Below are positions 51,749-64,000 of a DNA stretch of 64,000 nt, one piece after another. The number at the start of each line of letters is the position of its first letter. Position 1 is the first letter of the stretch. The stretch is from Eledone cirrhosa (Eukaryota). Location of the stretch: the NCBI GenBank assembly GCA_964016885.1, contig OZ024764.1:20584001-20648000 (forward strand), given 5' to 3'. The notes below the pieces were generated by a model. It saw only the letters and a program-made list of their open reading frames with translations, was not told the DNA's origin and made no database searches. The translations under genes were made by a program, and so were the position numbers.

Positions 51749-53721
51749 TTTGTTACTAAATACTAGATATTAGAGGGTCATGTTCTAGATGTGCTGGAAG
51801 AGCCATTCCATCTTGTGAGGCTCACACCAGCAGCTAACCATCTCAGCACCTATGGTGGTATATTTATTATATTATTTATTCTTTACCATTAACATTAATA
51901 TAAAAGATAATTATATATTTTTAGAGAAGAACCTCTAATTTCATATAGCTTAGGGCTTCAGTAGGTAAAAGTCTGCCCCTGCTTGTCCTGTATTTTTTAG
52001 GGGAGAAGTTAGGGAATACTGTTATTGTGTGAAAGTTTTCTAAATCTTCTTCAGCCACTAACATGGAGAAGATATTTCAGTAAGAAGGTTCACATCCTGA
52101 CATCTATAGCTGTTAACAATGAGATTGGAATTCATTATAAAACAAATGTTATATCATCATCACTGTTTAACATCAGTTTTTTCACACTGGCATGGGTTAG
52201 ACGAGTTATCCTGTTGTAAGCAAGGCCAGGTCAGGTGATCACGTGTTGCTTCTACAGATCAAATTTTGGATTGGTTTCTACAGCTGGATGCATCAACCTT
52301 ATTTACATTAAGTACTGTGTGCATTTTACCATCTCACCATCACGACCACTTTACAGTGTGGGCTGGGTGCTTTTTGTTATGACAGCTACATGACCACTTT
52401 AAAGTGTGCGTTGGGTGGTTTTTGTTGTGACACCTACATGACCACTTTACAGTTTGGACTGGGTACTTTTTGTTGTGACACCTACATGACCACTTTACAG
52501 TGTGGGCTGGGTGCTTTTTGCCGTGACACCTACGCAACCGCTTTACAGTGTGGGCTGGTTTCTTTTTGTCATATCACCTACATAACCGCCTTATAGTGTT
52601 GGCTGTGTGTTCTTTGCAGTGTGGGTTGGGGGCTTTTTGTCATATCACCTACATGACCACCTTATAATGTTGACTGTGTGTTCTTTGCAGTGTGGGCTGG
52701 TTTCTTTTTGTCATATCACCTACATGACCACCTTATAGTGTTGGCTGTGTGTTCTTTGCGGTGTGGGCTGGTTTCTTTTTGTCTTATCACCTACATGACC
52801 ACCTTATAATGTTGACTGTGTGTTCTTTGCAGTGTGGGCTGGTTTCTTTTTGTCATATCACCTACCCAACCACTTTGCAGTGTGGGCAGTGAAATATCAG
52901 TAATGCACCAGCTCCAATATTCAGTAATCAGAAGAAGGGAGGTAGGCATAAAAGCCAAACTTGCTGTCTTCAATTAGATTTTTGTGCCAAACTTACCTAT
53001 GGTCACATATCTTGGGTAATGACCAAAATAATATGATTGGGAATATAAATGGCAGATATGGGATTCCTCTGAAGGGTCTTTGAAGGAACTTTTCTCAATA
53101 AAGTGCATAGCTCTGAGATCAGAGAGTCACTCCAGGTGGAGCTGTTACTTCTCCTAATTGAGAGATCACAGCTGCAATACTATGGCCATGTGGTTAGAAT
53201 GTCTGAGAAAAGAATCACTGGATAGATTTTACAGGCAAAACTAACCGGCCGGAGACCCAGGGGTAGACCTGAGCAAGATGGTCACATAACATCCATGAGC
53301 TTGGCTGGTCTCTCTGGGAGATCCAGCCAGATCAGTTGGAGTGGGTTGCTTCTGACAGGACCTGTTGAAGGGAGTGTTTGAGGACTCTGCACCCAAGACC
53401 CTTTATTGAATAAGTGGGTTAATAAGAAGAGGTTGAGGTTACATGATCAACATCAGATTTCCCTGCTAGCAAGGATTTAATGAGTCTACTTCAACCAAGT
53501 AAGTACTGAAGTGAGGCTACTGATCTCCCAGACAGACCAAGGATCTGAGACTTATTTACATGAGGTCTCATTTGCTACTGAGTGCACAGAAAAGGTTGTC
53601 ATGTCTTTATCATGATTGAAGGGTTCTCCGACACTATTGTCGGGCAAGCTTTCTATAGCTAGATGTCCTTCACATGACCAACCACATTACAGCCTGTGTT
53701 GGGTGTGTTTATCATGTAGGT

Positions 53722-55801
53722 GAGGCATAACAAACTGAGGGTTCCCCAAGGGCCACATAGGTCACGTGTTGTCTGAGGGTTGCACACTACAACTAATTAT
53801 GTACACGACAACTAATTAAAGTTATTTAATAAAATATATTGCAGAAAGATTTGTTACTTAAATTTAGAAACATACAATGTACATACAAATGTTTTAGCAG
53901 CATTCATGAATACAAAGTAATGAAGTAGTTTGACAAAAAACTAAAATTTCACATGTCAACATATACTTGCAGATTGTAACAGCAACAAATACATTGTACA
54001 CAAATAACAACAGTTGAAAACTGAACATTTACTTGCTACTATTCAACCATTTTTAGTCTTTTGTCCTGCATTTCCAATAGTTCCATCTGCAGGCATTCTT
54101 CTGCCTTCATCAAAGGTGAATGGTGCTGAGAATAATGTAAACTGATGTTCAAAAAATGAGAAATCACAAAATCTTTCCTGAAATTTCTTTAACAACAATT
54201 CCAGGTGACTGTCATACTTAACTCAGCTAAATACAGACTCAGTATTGGCAGTGTTTTTCATCTCTTTGCACATAGGGAAATGAACTAAATTTTCAGCTGA
54301 CAACGGAGATTTCCATAAGCTTAGTTTTCTAATGAAGCACTTGATGTCATCATTCAACTGATTAATGGGTTTGTTTTAACCTTGTAATTTCAAATTAAGA
54401 TCAGTTAATTGTGCAGTAATATCCACAACAAAACCAGATGTTGGAGCCAACTTTCATCTTTTATTTCATCTGTGTTTTAACCTTTTCTCTCCATAAACAT
54501 AATTATTTCTTGTCTCAACAAATAGAATCTTTTCAGCACTTTGTGACATGTCAACCAGCAGACTTCTGTGTAGAATGGAACATCAGTGAACTGATTATCC
54601 ATATCTTCCAACAACTGGCTGAACTGACGGTGGTTGAGAGCACGGCCTCTGATTTAGTTCACTGTCTTTGTGACCAAGCTAAGCACATGATGCAATTTTA
54701 AAATCTTTGAACATAAATTTTGCTGTTGAATAATGCTGTGAAAATGTGCAAATGATGAATCTAGATATGAGTTTTCTATTTTTGTTTGTAACTTGGCAGC
54801 AACACCTTTATGTCTACCAACCATATTTGCAGCACTGTCAGTAGATAAACATGTAAGTTTACTCAGATCAAAACCATGCAGACACTGCTTGACCTTCTCA
54901 AAGATGTCCTGGCTTGTTATAGTGTCATGCATGGGGAGCAGTTCAATCAGTTCTTCATAGATATTAAATTCACTGTCACAGGCCCTGATGAAGAATGCAA
55001 GCTGTACTATTCCAGTGATGTCAACAGTCTCTTCAATAGCAATAGAAACATGTTCAAACCTTGATGATACAGCCTTTAACTGTTGTTTCAGATCACCTGA
55101 CATTTCATTAATCTGTTGAGCAACAGTGTTCCTGGTTAATGAGATGTCTTTGAATAACTCTGCTTTCTCTGGACAATTTCAGCTGTTTTTACAAGACATT
55201 GCTTTACAAAATCTCCTTCACTGTAAGATTTCCCACTCATGGCAATCATTCAACTGAGTTCATAGCTTGCAGTAACAGAAGTGACATCCTCTTCCTGAAT
55301 TAACATAAAACAGGTCTGTTGCCGTGTCAAGTTAGACTTCAATTCCTTGAGTCTTGAAACACACATTGGGCCTTCATATTTATCGTAAGATCGAGGGTTT
55401 GTTTCATAATGTCTTTTTAAATTGTACTCTTTTGGCGTGGAGATGTAGTTGTTGCAAATTAAACAGTGTATCTTTCTGTTCACCATTGGGCAAAAATACT
55501 GTAATTCCCACTTTTCTTGAAACACTTGCCTTTCTTCGTTCAATTTCCTTTTTCTCTTAGCTGGAGGAGCACTAACCATTTCAAAAACAAAATCATTTGA
55601 AATTTTGAAAGAAAGTTTTCTGTTAATGAACTGCACGTGATTAATGGAAGTTAAAAGTAGTTGACAAAAATTGCACAAAAAAATAATTGTATCGAAAATG
55701 TTCTAAATTTTATATTACGAAAATGAAACATGCTCGCACTGTAAAAACCTTTGTGTGGGCCGCAGGTTTGCTTGCAAAGGGCCGCATGTTTGGCATGTCT
55801 G
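53722..55801 (-). mobile_element. Buster/SPIN-like hAT, paralog of 14749-17116 with an internal deletion
   Basis: TSD ATGTAGGT at 53714-53721 and 55802-55809; transposase fragments. Confidence 0.92.
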
Positions 55802-58215
55802 ATGTAGGTTACCAACACTAGGGAGGGCAGCATGTCCATCAGTGTGTTCTGCTACATTAACTACCAGGAGGTCACCACATGAGACAAAGACTACATTTCA
55901 AAGAAGGGTCATAAAAGAACTAAATACGAAAGTACCCACAGCAACAAGCAAATAATTGAGCTTTGGGTCTAGGTCAAGGGGCAGAAGTGCTGCGCCCTGT
56001 GGATAAGACTGCAAAAGTATTCGCCCCGGGCGATATACAGTGACACCAACTGCAACAGCCACCCCAACCTCATGGGGCTCCCTCTTCAGAAGAGCCACCA
56101 ACGTTCTGATCTTACAGAGGAGTTTGGCAGTACGGGGTCCAAGTACTTCTGAGGTCTCGGTGGTGACCGGTGTGAAGAGACCTACAATTGACGTCATCCC
56201 AGTTATGTTGGACTGTAATATACTGGGGTATAGAGAGGCCTTAACCTGTCACAGCCGGGCCACTCAGGGTTTTGTCATCTAGGTACCAGACAGCGGTAAC
56301 TAGACCACGTTGTCAACTGTCAACACCAATAGGAGTGAGGCGAGTGGGTCTCCCTGCGAGACACCATATATAAAAACGTATTTGCTAATTACTTTAATGA
56401 ATAATTTGTTTCATACGTAATTATTACTTTTAATACAATAGGATTTTGTACACGTGTTTGTTTGAAAACATCTTTCAAAGAAGTATGAGACAGTCTTCTG
56501 GAGTTGCGACCGATAGATAGCATTAGCAATTGGAAAGACCAATGGAAACATTGTTTCCTCGGTCCGATGTGACTAAAAGTCGATCGTAAAAAAAAATATA
56601 TATTTATATATAATTTTGTATAATTTTGTATAATTTTGTACATAGATCTGTTGAATATGCATGCCAATTCTAACACATATATATCCTAGAAACGATCGTT
56701 AAATAATGAACTTTTTTTGTTTAATATAAGGAACTGTTTCATTGTTTTATTCATTATTTTTTTAATATTTTATCTTGACTCTGTATTCCGTTTATCTTTC
56801 ACCGAAAGTGATTTTTCATTGCATCTCTTCTTTCCATGATATCCGGATTACATTGAGTTCTTCATACGGATTGGACACTACCGTAAACTCTTGGTAGATT
56901 TATCTACATATTTATATATATATATAGAGAGAGAGAGAGAAACACACAAACGCACACTACTGTAAAACATATGTAAGGGTAGACAACTCTCGTTACACCC
57001 CCCCCCCTTCTTTTTGACATACGTCCTTTAAGTACGTTGTTCAATGGTACCTGCTTAATTTTGTGTCCTAAGTAAATTTCTGTTTAAGTATTTACGAGAT
57101 TCACAATGATTCACGTAACCAAGTTACTTACATAGAGATATATTTCACATAGAATCACAACAAATGAAAATATTAAGTCAACACTCTGTCAATCAGTCTC
57201 ACATCACATGGGGTGCTGGAGTCTCCCTCTAATACTTTCTGAGACAGTCTTACCTCGAGTGATAGCAAGGCTAAGATGTTGGAACTACCAAACACCCTCA
57301 TATGTATCATCTGACACCTCGGTAAGGAGAGCTGCCAACGATAACAAGAACCTCGTTGTCAGGGACCTATCTCCTCCAAACTTCTCCAACACCACAGACT
57401 AGAATATTCTACTCTTTATTCCCTATCAAATATATTTCAGTCTAGTCATTTATCTTGTATCTTGTATATATATTTTCAAAACTAACTGTCACATTTGTGA
57501 GACCCCAGTTAGTGATGTTTTCGTCTCCCTCCCACATCCTACATGCTGTAGTAAAAGTGAGGGTCACTGCTTCTGTAGACGAACGAAATAAAAGCTAAAC
57601 TACCAGTAATTATCGGCAAAGTATTTATTCCAGTCTGTGATGTTTGAGAAGCTGGGCTGCTGACAACGAAGTTGTGGTCACTGTTGGCGGCTGGCTTTAC
57701 CGAAGTACCCGATGACTCTTGTCAGGGTACTTAGCTGTCCTGGCAGCTTATCATCCATATTACCGAGATACACGGTTATCTCTGTCAGGGTACTTAGTTC
57801 TTCTGGCAACTTAGCCTCCATACTACCCGATCTTACCGAGATACCCGGTGATCTCTGCCATCTACTCGATTGATCCAGCACCCTACTATATCTACCAACA
57901 GGTTATATCGAGGTATCAAGTGATAATCTTTTCAAGTCAAGACCTCCTCTGCTGTCCTCTGTATTCCAACTGCCCTGTTATTCTACAGACTCACGAAAGT
58001 GGACACCATCTGAAGGAGAGAGTGGTTGGTGTAGTGGTCATCGCTGGCTATTGTCCGAGTGACAAAGGTAAAATACACTACCTAGACTGAGGTAAAACGT
58101 CTACCGTCCATTCTTCACCACCAACACCTTACTTTCTCTATTTTAATTACATTTACTGTTTTCAACTTCATTTTTTTATTACAAACTTTAGATAATTTAA
58201 TTCGGTAAAAATATT

Positions 58216-58348
58216 TTACGTCACAAAAAAACATTGAAGCATGCGCAGTGGTGCAGTTGTCGACTTCCTGTCCACGTGTTAGTCTTCCTACAACAACATT
58301 TAGAAAATATTTCTGTAAATACTAAACACCTGAGACTATAATGTAAGT
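58216..58348 (+). promoter_or_regulatory. putative promoter and first exon of a fourth ZNF gene beyond the window
   Basis: Same motif set as 18743-18875; donor GTAAGT at 58343. Confidence 0.62.
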
Positions 58349-58745
58349 ATTATGTCTATTAATATTGTAGATTTAAGCTCACTTTTCACATCACAAATAT
58401 ATATTTTATTGTTTGTTTCATTACTGGAAATATAAAATGTTATCGTAATTATCTATATTTTACCTACCTCTAATTAATTAAAGTGAAAACTTTTGTTGTT
58501 GCTGAAAAATAAATTAACAAAACTAAATATTTAAATATTCTAAAGGTCGTTTTTATATTATGTGATGATATAATTAATATATTTTATTACAATTGTATAA
58601 ATTTACAGTAGAATAACGTTGTAAATATGTTTTAAATATATACATAAATAACATAAGTGTGTAAATAACATAATAAATTGCTGGCAATTCCTTGAGAAAG
58701 ACATTACAAATATATTGTCTAAACTGTGTATAATAATATAATTTA

Positions 58746-59753
58746 CTAGCAGTAAAGCCCGGCGTTGCTCGGGGTCGCTCAGTAGCTGTGTTAAAGTTAC
58801 AATGTTAAGTTTCTTTCTTGGCTTAAAAACTGTAGTGTCTACTGTGCAGACTTGCATGTGGTGTTTTTGATTAATATTCCCTCAACCAACAATATGCCTT
58901 ATGAAGTTAAGAAAACATAACGATAACCCGAATGTTATAACAAAAGAGGATGCTGGGGATAGAAACTGCACTGGTTATTTATTAACAAAGATCGAAAATC
59001 TAAACACTGCAACGCAGAGAAAAACATTAGCGTAACTAAATTATCAGTTATGTCTGTCTGCACGCCTATATCACCTCTCTGCACGACTATCTGTCTGCAC
59101 GCCTATATCACCTCTCTGCACGACTGTCTGTCTGCACGCCTATATCACCTCTCTGCACGACTGTCTGTCTGCACGCCTATATCACCTCTCTGCACGACTG
59201 TCTGTCTGCACGCCTATATCACCTCTCTGCACGACTGTCTGTCTGCACGCCTATATCACCTCTCTGCACGACTGTCTGTCTGCACGCCTATATCACCTCT
59301 CTGCACGACTGTCTGTCTGCACGCCTAACGACGAAATATTTGCTTGTTTTACGTAGTCTTTAAATAGACTTGTTTTCAAGTAAAAATATTGTTTTAAAAT
59401 GCTTTTAAATGGAAATGAAGCAAAACGGAAGTTTAGTGTTCGAACTGATGAATTTTGCAGGTCAATATTTTGCTGGCTCGACAACTGTTCGTGTATTGTA
59501 ATTTTTTACGTAAGACGCTCAATGTAAACAGAACAAAGGGAAATAACTGATAACTTACGCTCAAAAATCGATACATTATATTCGATTTCGTCACATAGGG
59601 TGGGTCAATTTGAAATTTGTTTATTCCGATGTCTTCGCTAGGGCTCAATGTACAAGTCTAGCAATTTCGGTGCAATTCCGTGAGAGATTCTAAGAGGAGA
59701 TGTGTGCCAAAAATCGATAGACAGACAGACAACCACAGTTTTATATATATAGA
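58746..59753 (-). mobile_element. non-autonomous Helitron, 1008 bp, specific to this unit
   Basis: Minus strand starts TCTATATATATAAAAC and ends cccgagcaacgccggg hairpin + CTAG. Inserted at A|T without a TSD; empty site atttA|Ttgaac at ~19268 and ~35227. Confidence 0.9.
59051..59327. repeat. 37-bp tandem repeat, ~7.5 units, inside the Helitron
   Basis: tgtctgtctgcacgcctatatcacctctctgcacgac with period 37. Confidence 0.92.
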
Positions 59754-59811
59754 TTGAACAATAATGATAAAGGAAAGAAATACACAGTGGGAGATGGCAA
59801 TTGACCACCAA

Positions 59812-62800
59812 ACGAGGTAAACATTTTCAACTTTCCCCTTTTTTTGCTTTGTCCGAGACAACTCAAAATATTCTTCAAGGAACTGGATTTTCCATTCGGT
59901 TGGATCGAACGGATTTTACCATTTATAATCTACGGAGAGGAATAACAGATGTTCGGAGGAAAAAAGAATTGTTTGTGGCAACAACGTAGGGAACCAACCT
60001 GGAGCAATTGTATCACACAATTATACTTTCCTCCTTAACATACACTTACAATTTTTCAACATCAAACCCCCCAAATATGAAATATAAATAATTATAAATG
60101 GCGAGGAACCATGCCATCTCCCTCTTGAAATAACCTGAATCTATTTATAGTCAGGTGTGACTGAAAGGTCAATCCATACTTCCATTCTATTTCACAGAAT
60201 TAGAAGCTTTGACCACTTGATAGAATTCAGGTCCAGTAATGTAATCACTCCGTAATTGTAAACATCTTGTATCACTATCATTCAGGTTTTGATTTTACTT
60301 AAGATTTGCCCATGTTTTTTTTTTTTTCTTTTTTACACAAACTCACAATTTCGGTTTTTACTGCGGATTTACCCATGCGAACTATTACACAAACTCACAG
60401 CCTTAGATTTTGTATTTCTAGCGTTTTTATTTTCCTTCTCTTTGCATGTTCAGTGCTCTTTCTCTCCCACTGTATTTACCTGCCTCTCACATGACCACAC
60501 TCCTCTCCACGCACTCACCATCTTCTCACTCCTTCTCCACCTTCCATCCCTCCCCTTGCTCAACCCTTACTTCCTCCTCGCGCACAGCCCACCTAGGTAT
60601 TCGTTCAACCCGCCGGTGGCCCGATGTTTCGACCGAACTATTACCGGCGATTGCCGATTGCTAAAGTTGCCACCACTTTAACCTAGTCCACTCTAGGTGG
60701 CGGTGGCATGCGTTGAACGACCAAGAGACCTGCTTGGTGGAACGACTATGTGACAACTGGTCAGCCTTCGACCTCTCATTCTCCACCAACTGCAGCACGC
60801 ACGAGAGGAGCTAACTTGCCCCCACCTACCCCTCCTCTCCTTCACGGCAGATTCCGAACGAATCCAACCCGGCCAACCACACCACCCCTACAACTGTTAG
60901 CTCACTACCCAACCCCCGCTTTAGTCCCACCGTTAGAACCACTGCTGTCTCCTTTACTGACTCACTCCCTTCAGCGAATTCCAACGCTGGCCCTCTACTG
61001 CCGGCTGTTGCCAGCCCGCCACCTGATTGCGCCCTCTGTGCCCGCACTAACCAGTACTTAAAGACAATTAAATGTCACCTATGCCACGCAAGTTACCACA
61101 GAAGCTGTGTCAGCATCACCAAAGCTCAAGCCGAAAGGCTTCAACACTGGACCTGTCATCGGTGCCACTTCAGCTCTGACTATTCCGTGGGGATGACCAA
61201 CACTCTACCGACGACTTTCCACAGCCCCCCAGGGCTTCTCCAAATCAAAGCTCGTTAACCGGACCCTTAAGGGAGCTCGGAACAGCTTTGCAGGTGCCCT
61301 CTCTAATTTACTGAAAAACGTTTACTCGTCCAACAATAGACTGGCAGAAATTGTTTTTGTTTCCCCTCATCTCTCTTCACGTGCACAATGCGAACTCGGG
61401 TTCCCTCAAGTCCTCTCTCAAGCGGCAGTTCCAGCTGTTTGAGTCCACCCCAACCACGTCTCATCTCAGTTCGTCTCCGAGCTTGGTGTCCACCAACAGA
61501 CAACCGGTAGACCTCAAGCGAGCCGTCAATGCCAAATTCAGCGAATTTGACATTAAAGGGGCTGTCCTCCCTTGCTCCATGCAACTCTGACTCTCATGAG
61601 CGTCTGAAAGAGAAGCACCCCCAGATGATCAGCAACACTGGCCCGAACCACCAGAATACTTGAGACCGGTTTACACCACCGATATCATCAGAAAGGCGAT
61701 TTCATCCTTCCCCGCTGGGTCAGGCGCAGGAATTGACGTCCTTCGTCCTCAACACCTCAAGGATGGTATCTCCTTATCGGCCGGTGATGCCGGACTCAAG
61801 CTCTTGGAGAGTCTGACTCAGTTTGTGAATCAGTGAATGTTCTCCCGTTCATCCGCCCACTGTTCTTCAGTGCGAAGCTATTTGGTCTCACCAAGCCCAA
61901 CGGGGACCTGCGCCGCATTGCGGTTGGCTGCACACCTCGCTGCCTCACTGCAAAAGCGTGATTGCTGTTGGTCTCCAACCCACTGGTGGAGGAATTATCC
62001 CCCATCCAGCTGTGGGTGGGTACCAGGTTGGGATGTGTGGCTGCTGTCCACGCTGCCAGAGCATTTGCCAACTTGCCCTCCTCATCCCCCAAGGTCATCC
62101 TCAAACTTGACCCCAGGAATGCCTTCAACTCCGTCAGCCGTAACATCGTCCTCGGCTCAGTAAGAGAGAGGGTCCCACAACTCTACCACTTTGCTTGGCA
62201 GGCTTATCGGGAGCCCTCCTACCTCTCTTTCAGTGACCAGATCATCACCTCTGCCTCAGGAGTCCAACAGGGTGACCCACTCTGGGACCCCCCCCCCCCC
62301 GCACTGGACATTGATGACGTCACCATGATGGGGGCTGAGTTGGACCTCAATGTCTGGTAGCTCGACGACGCCTGTTTCGGGGGAACTCCGGATATGGTTC
62401 TCGCCACTGCCAACAGGATGGTGGAGGAGCTTGGCGCCGGGGTCTCCAGATCAATAGCTCCAAATGTGAGCTCTGGATCCTCAACCACCCGGCTTCTTAA
62501 CACCAACAGCTGATCGACCTGTTCGCAGAGTCCTTCCCTTCCATCACGGTCCCTCCCCCGTCGGCTTGGTGCTCCTTAGGAGCCCCAATTACAGACCTGG
62601 CCTTCGGGTCAACCATCCAATCGAAGATGGTTGGCCTTGAGCAGCTGCTGAGGAATATTGAAGATATCGAACCCCATCAAGGTTTCTTCTTACTCAGGAT
62701 CTACCTGTCTATTCTTAAGCTTCTGTATCTGCTCAGGGTCAGCCCCTCTCACAGATTTCCATCCTGCCTCCAACGCTTCGACGACCTAATCTTCGAGAGA

Positions 62801-64000
62801 CTCGAGTGTCTGGTCAATGTTAGTAAGTGTTCGTCCCTCTCTCTCCCCTGCTTCCTTTCCTCCACCCAAGCTTGCAGCATCCTCTCCTCTCCAACATGGA
62901 CTAGTTCCAACAGGGAGTTGTGTGAAGCTCTCCAGCAATGGAGTGAGTTGGGCTTGTCTCTTCCTGAGAAGGTGGAGGACAGTCGAAGTCAGAGAACTTG
63001 GGACAGGATACGTTGGAATGCCACCTTCGACTCCCTCTTCGTCCTCTCAGATCAGTTTACAAGGTGCCGCTTACCATCTGCCAGCGCCAAATACTCCGGT
63101 GACTGGGTCGATGCCTTACCCGTGGCCAACGTTGGAGGCCTACTCAGCCTGGATGAACTTCGTGTCTCCATCACCCTCAGAGTGGGAGCTGACGTCTGCA
63201 TGGGTTTGAGATGTGGCTAACTCCTCAACTCCACAGGCCCCCACGGTCTTTCTTGCCGCCTGAATGCCGGCCACTTTGCCCGTCACACGGAGCTAAACTT
63301 TATTCTGAAGAGAGCTTTGGCCCGGGCAAACATCCCCTCAGTCTTGGAACCATCTGGGTTGTCCAGAAGTGACGGCAAAAGACCTGACGGCCTTACCCTG
63401 TGCCCCTGGTCGAGAGGCAGGTGTCTACTCTGGGACGTCACTGTTAGTGACTCCTTTGCTCTTTCCCACATCCTTGATGCTGCGGTAAGGACGAGAGCCA
63501 CAGCTTCGGCAGCCGAGCGGAGTAAGACCCTCAAATACTCTGATCTGTCGGCCAGCTACATTTTTCAGCCTGTGGCTTTCGAGACGTTTGGGGGAGTCGG
63601 TCCGCTGACTGCGAGGTTCCTTTCCTCACTGGCGGCTCGCCTTATAGAGGTAACTGGCGAAATTGCAAGGGCGCTTGGCTGTTCCAGCACCTCAGCCTCG
63701 CCATCACCCGATGTAACACTGCCAGTGTGCTGGCTTGCCTCAAAACTCATTAGAGAGGTTTCCCAGTACCCCTCGTTGCTGTCTTTTGCTCTGGTGTTGG
63801 CTCCGTTTTCCACCCCTTCCTTTACATTTTCTTTAATATTGCAACATTGAAGGAATTTATCTTTCATTGTATCATCCTTTATAGTGTTACCGAGGCATTT
63901 GTAATGTTATTTATATATTTAAAACATATTTCTTATGTTATTCTACTGTAAATTTATTTATATGCTCTGTTTATATTTTCATTCTGAAGGAACTTATCCA
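59812..64000 (+). mobile_element. CRE-clade LINE, paralog of 19327-23520; runs to the window end
   Basis: Same left junction and the same RT/RLE motifs; in-frame PHD finger at 61028-61165. Confidence 0.88.

Noticed and set aside
57678-57881. Minus-strand ORF with LPEELSTLT repeats as an LRR-like gene
   Set aside because: It is the antisense reading of a tandemly reiterated CRE relic.
59050-59328. Cys-rich repeat ORF
   Set aside because: Translation of a 37-bp minisatellite cycling through three frames inside a Helitron.

Overview
Eukaryotic, AT-rich, repeat-dense genomic DNA. It is a tandem cluster of C2H2 zinc-finger genes; the finger codon style (catacaggagagaagccatatcactgtgatatctgtggtaaatcattc) and repeat content suggest an octopus or other coleoid cephalopod (inference). 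Three single-coding-exon ZNF genes lie on + at 5946, 26373 and 48351, with 13, 13 and 17 fingers. Three conserved promoter/non-coding first-exon modules (about 18.8, 34.7, 58.3 kb) serve ZNF2, ZNF3 and a fourth gene beyond the window. The ~20 kb units alternate between two intron types, suggesting a two-gene higher-order repeat. Each unit carries an intronic 39-bp minisatellite (expanded to ~7.5 kb in unit 3), an 82-bp minisatellite and a relic ZNF exon. The remainder is nested transposons: RTE LINEs, CRE-clade LINEs, Buster/SPIN-like hAT, Tigger, Helitrons, MITEs and SINEs. The most notable signal is repeated CRE-clade insertion around the ZNF promoters by an element family that encodes an N-terminal PHD finger, alongside an RTE LINE with a PHD finger inside its RT domain. 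All calls were made by eye; degraded TE boundaries are approximate.
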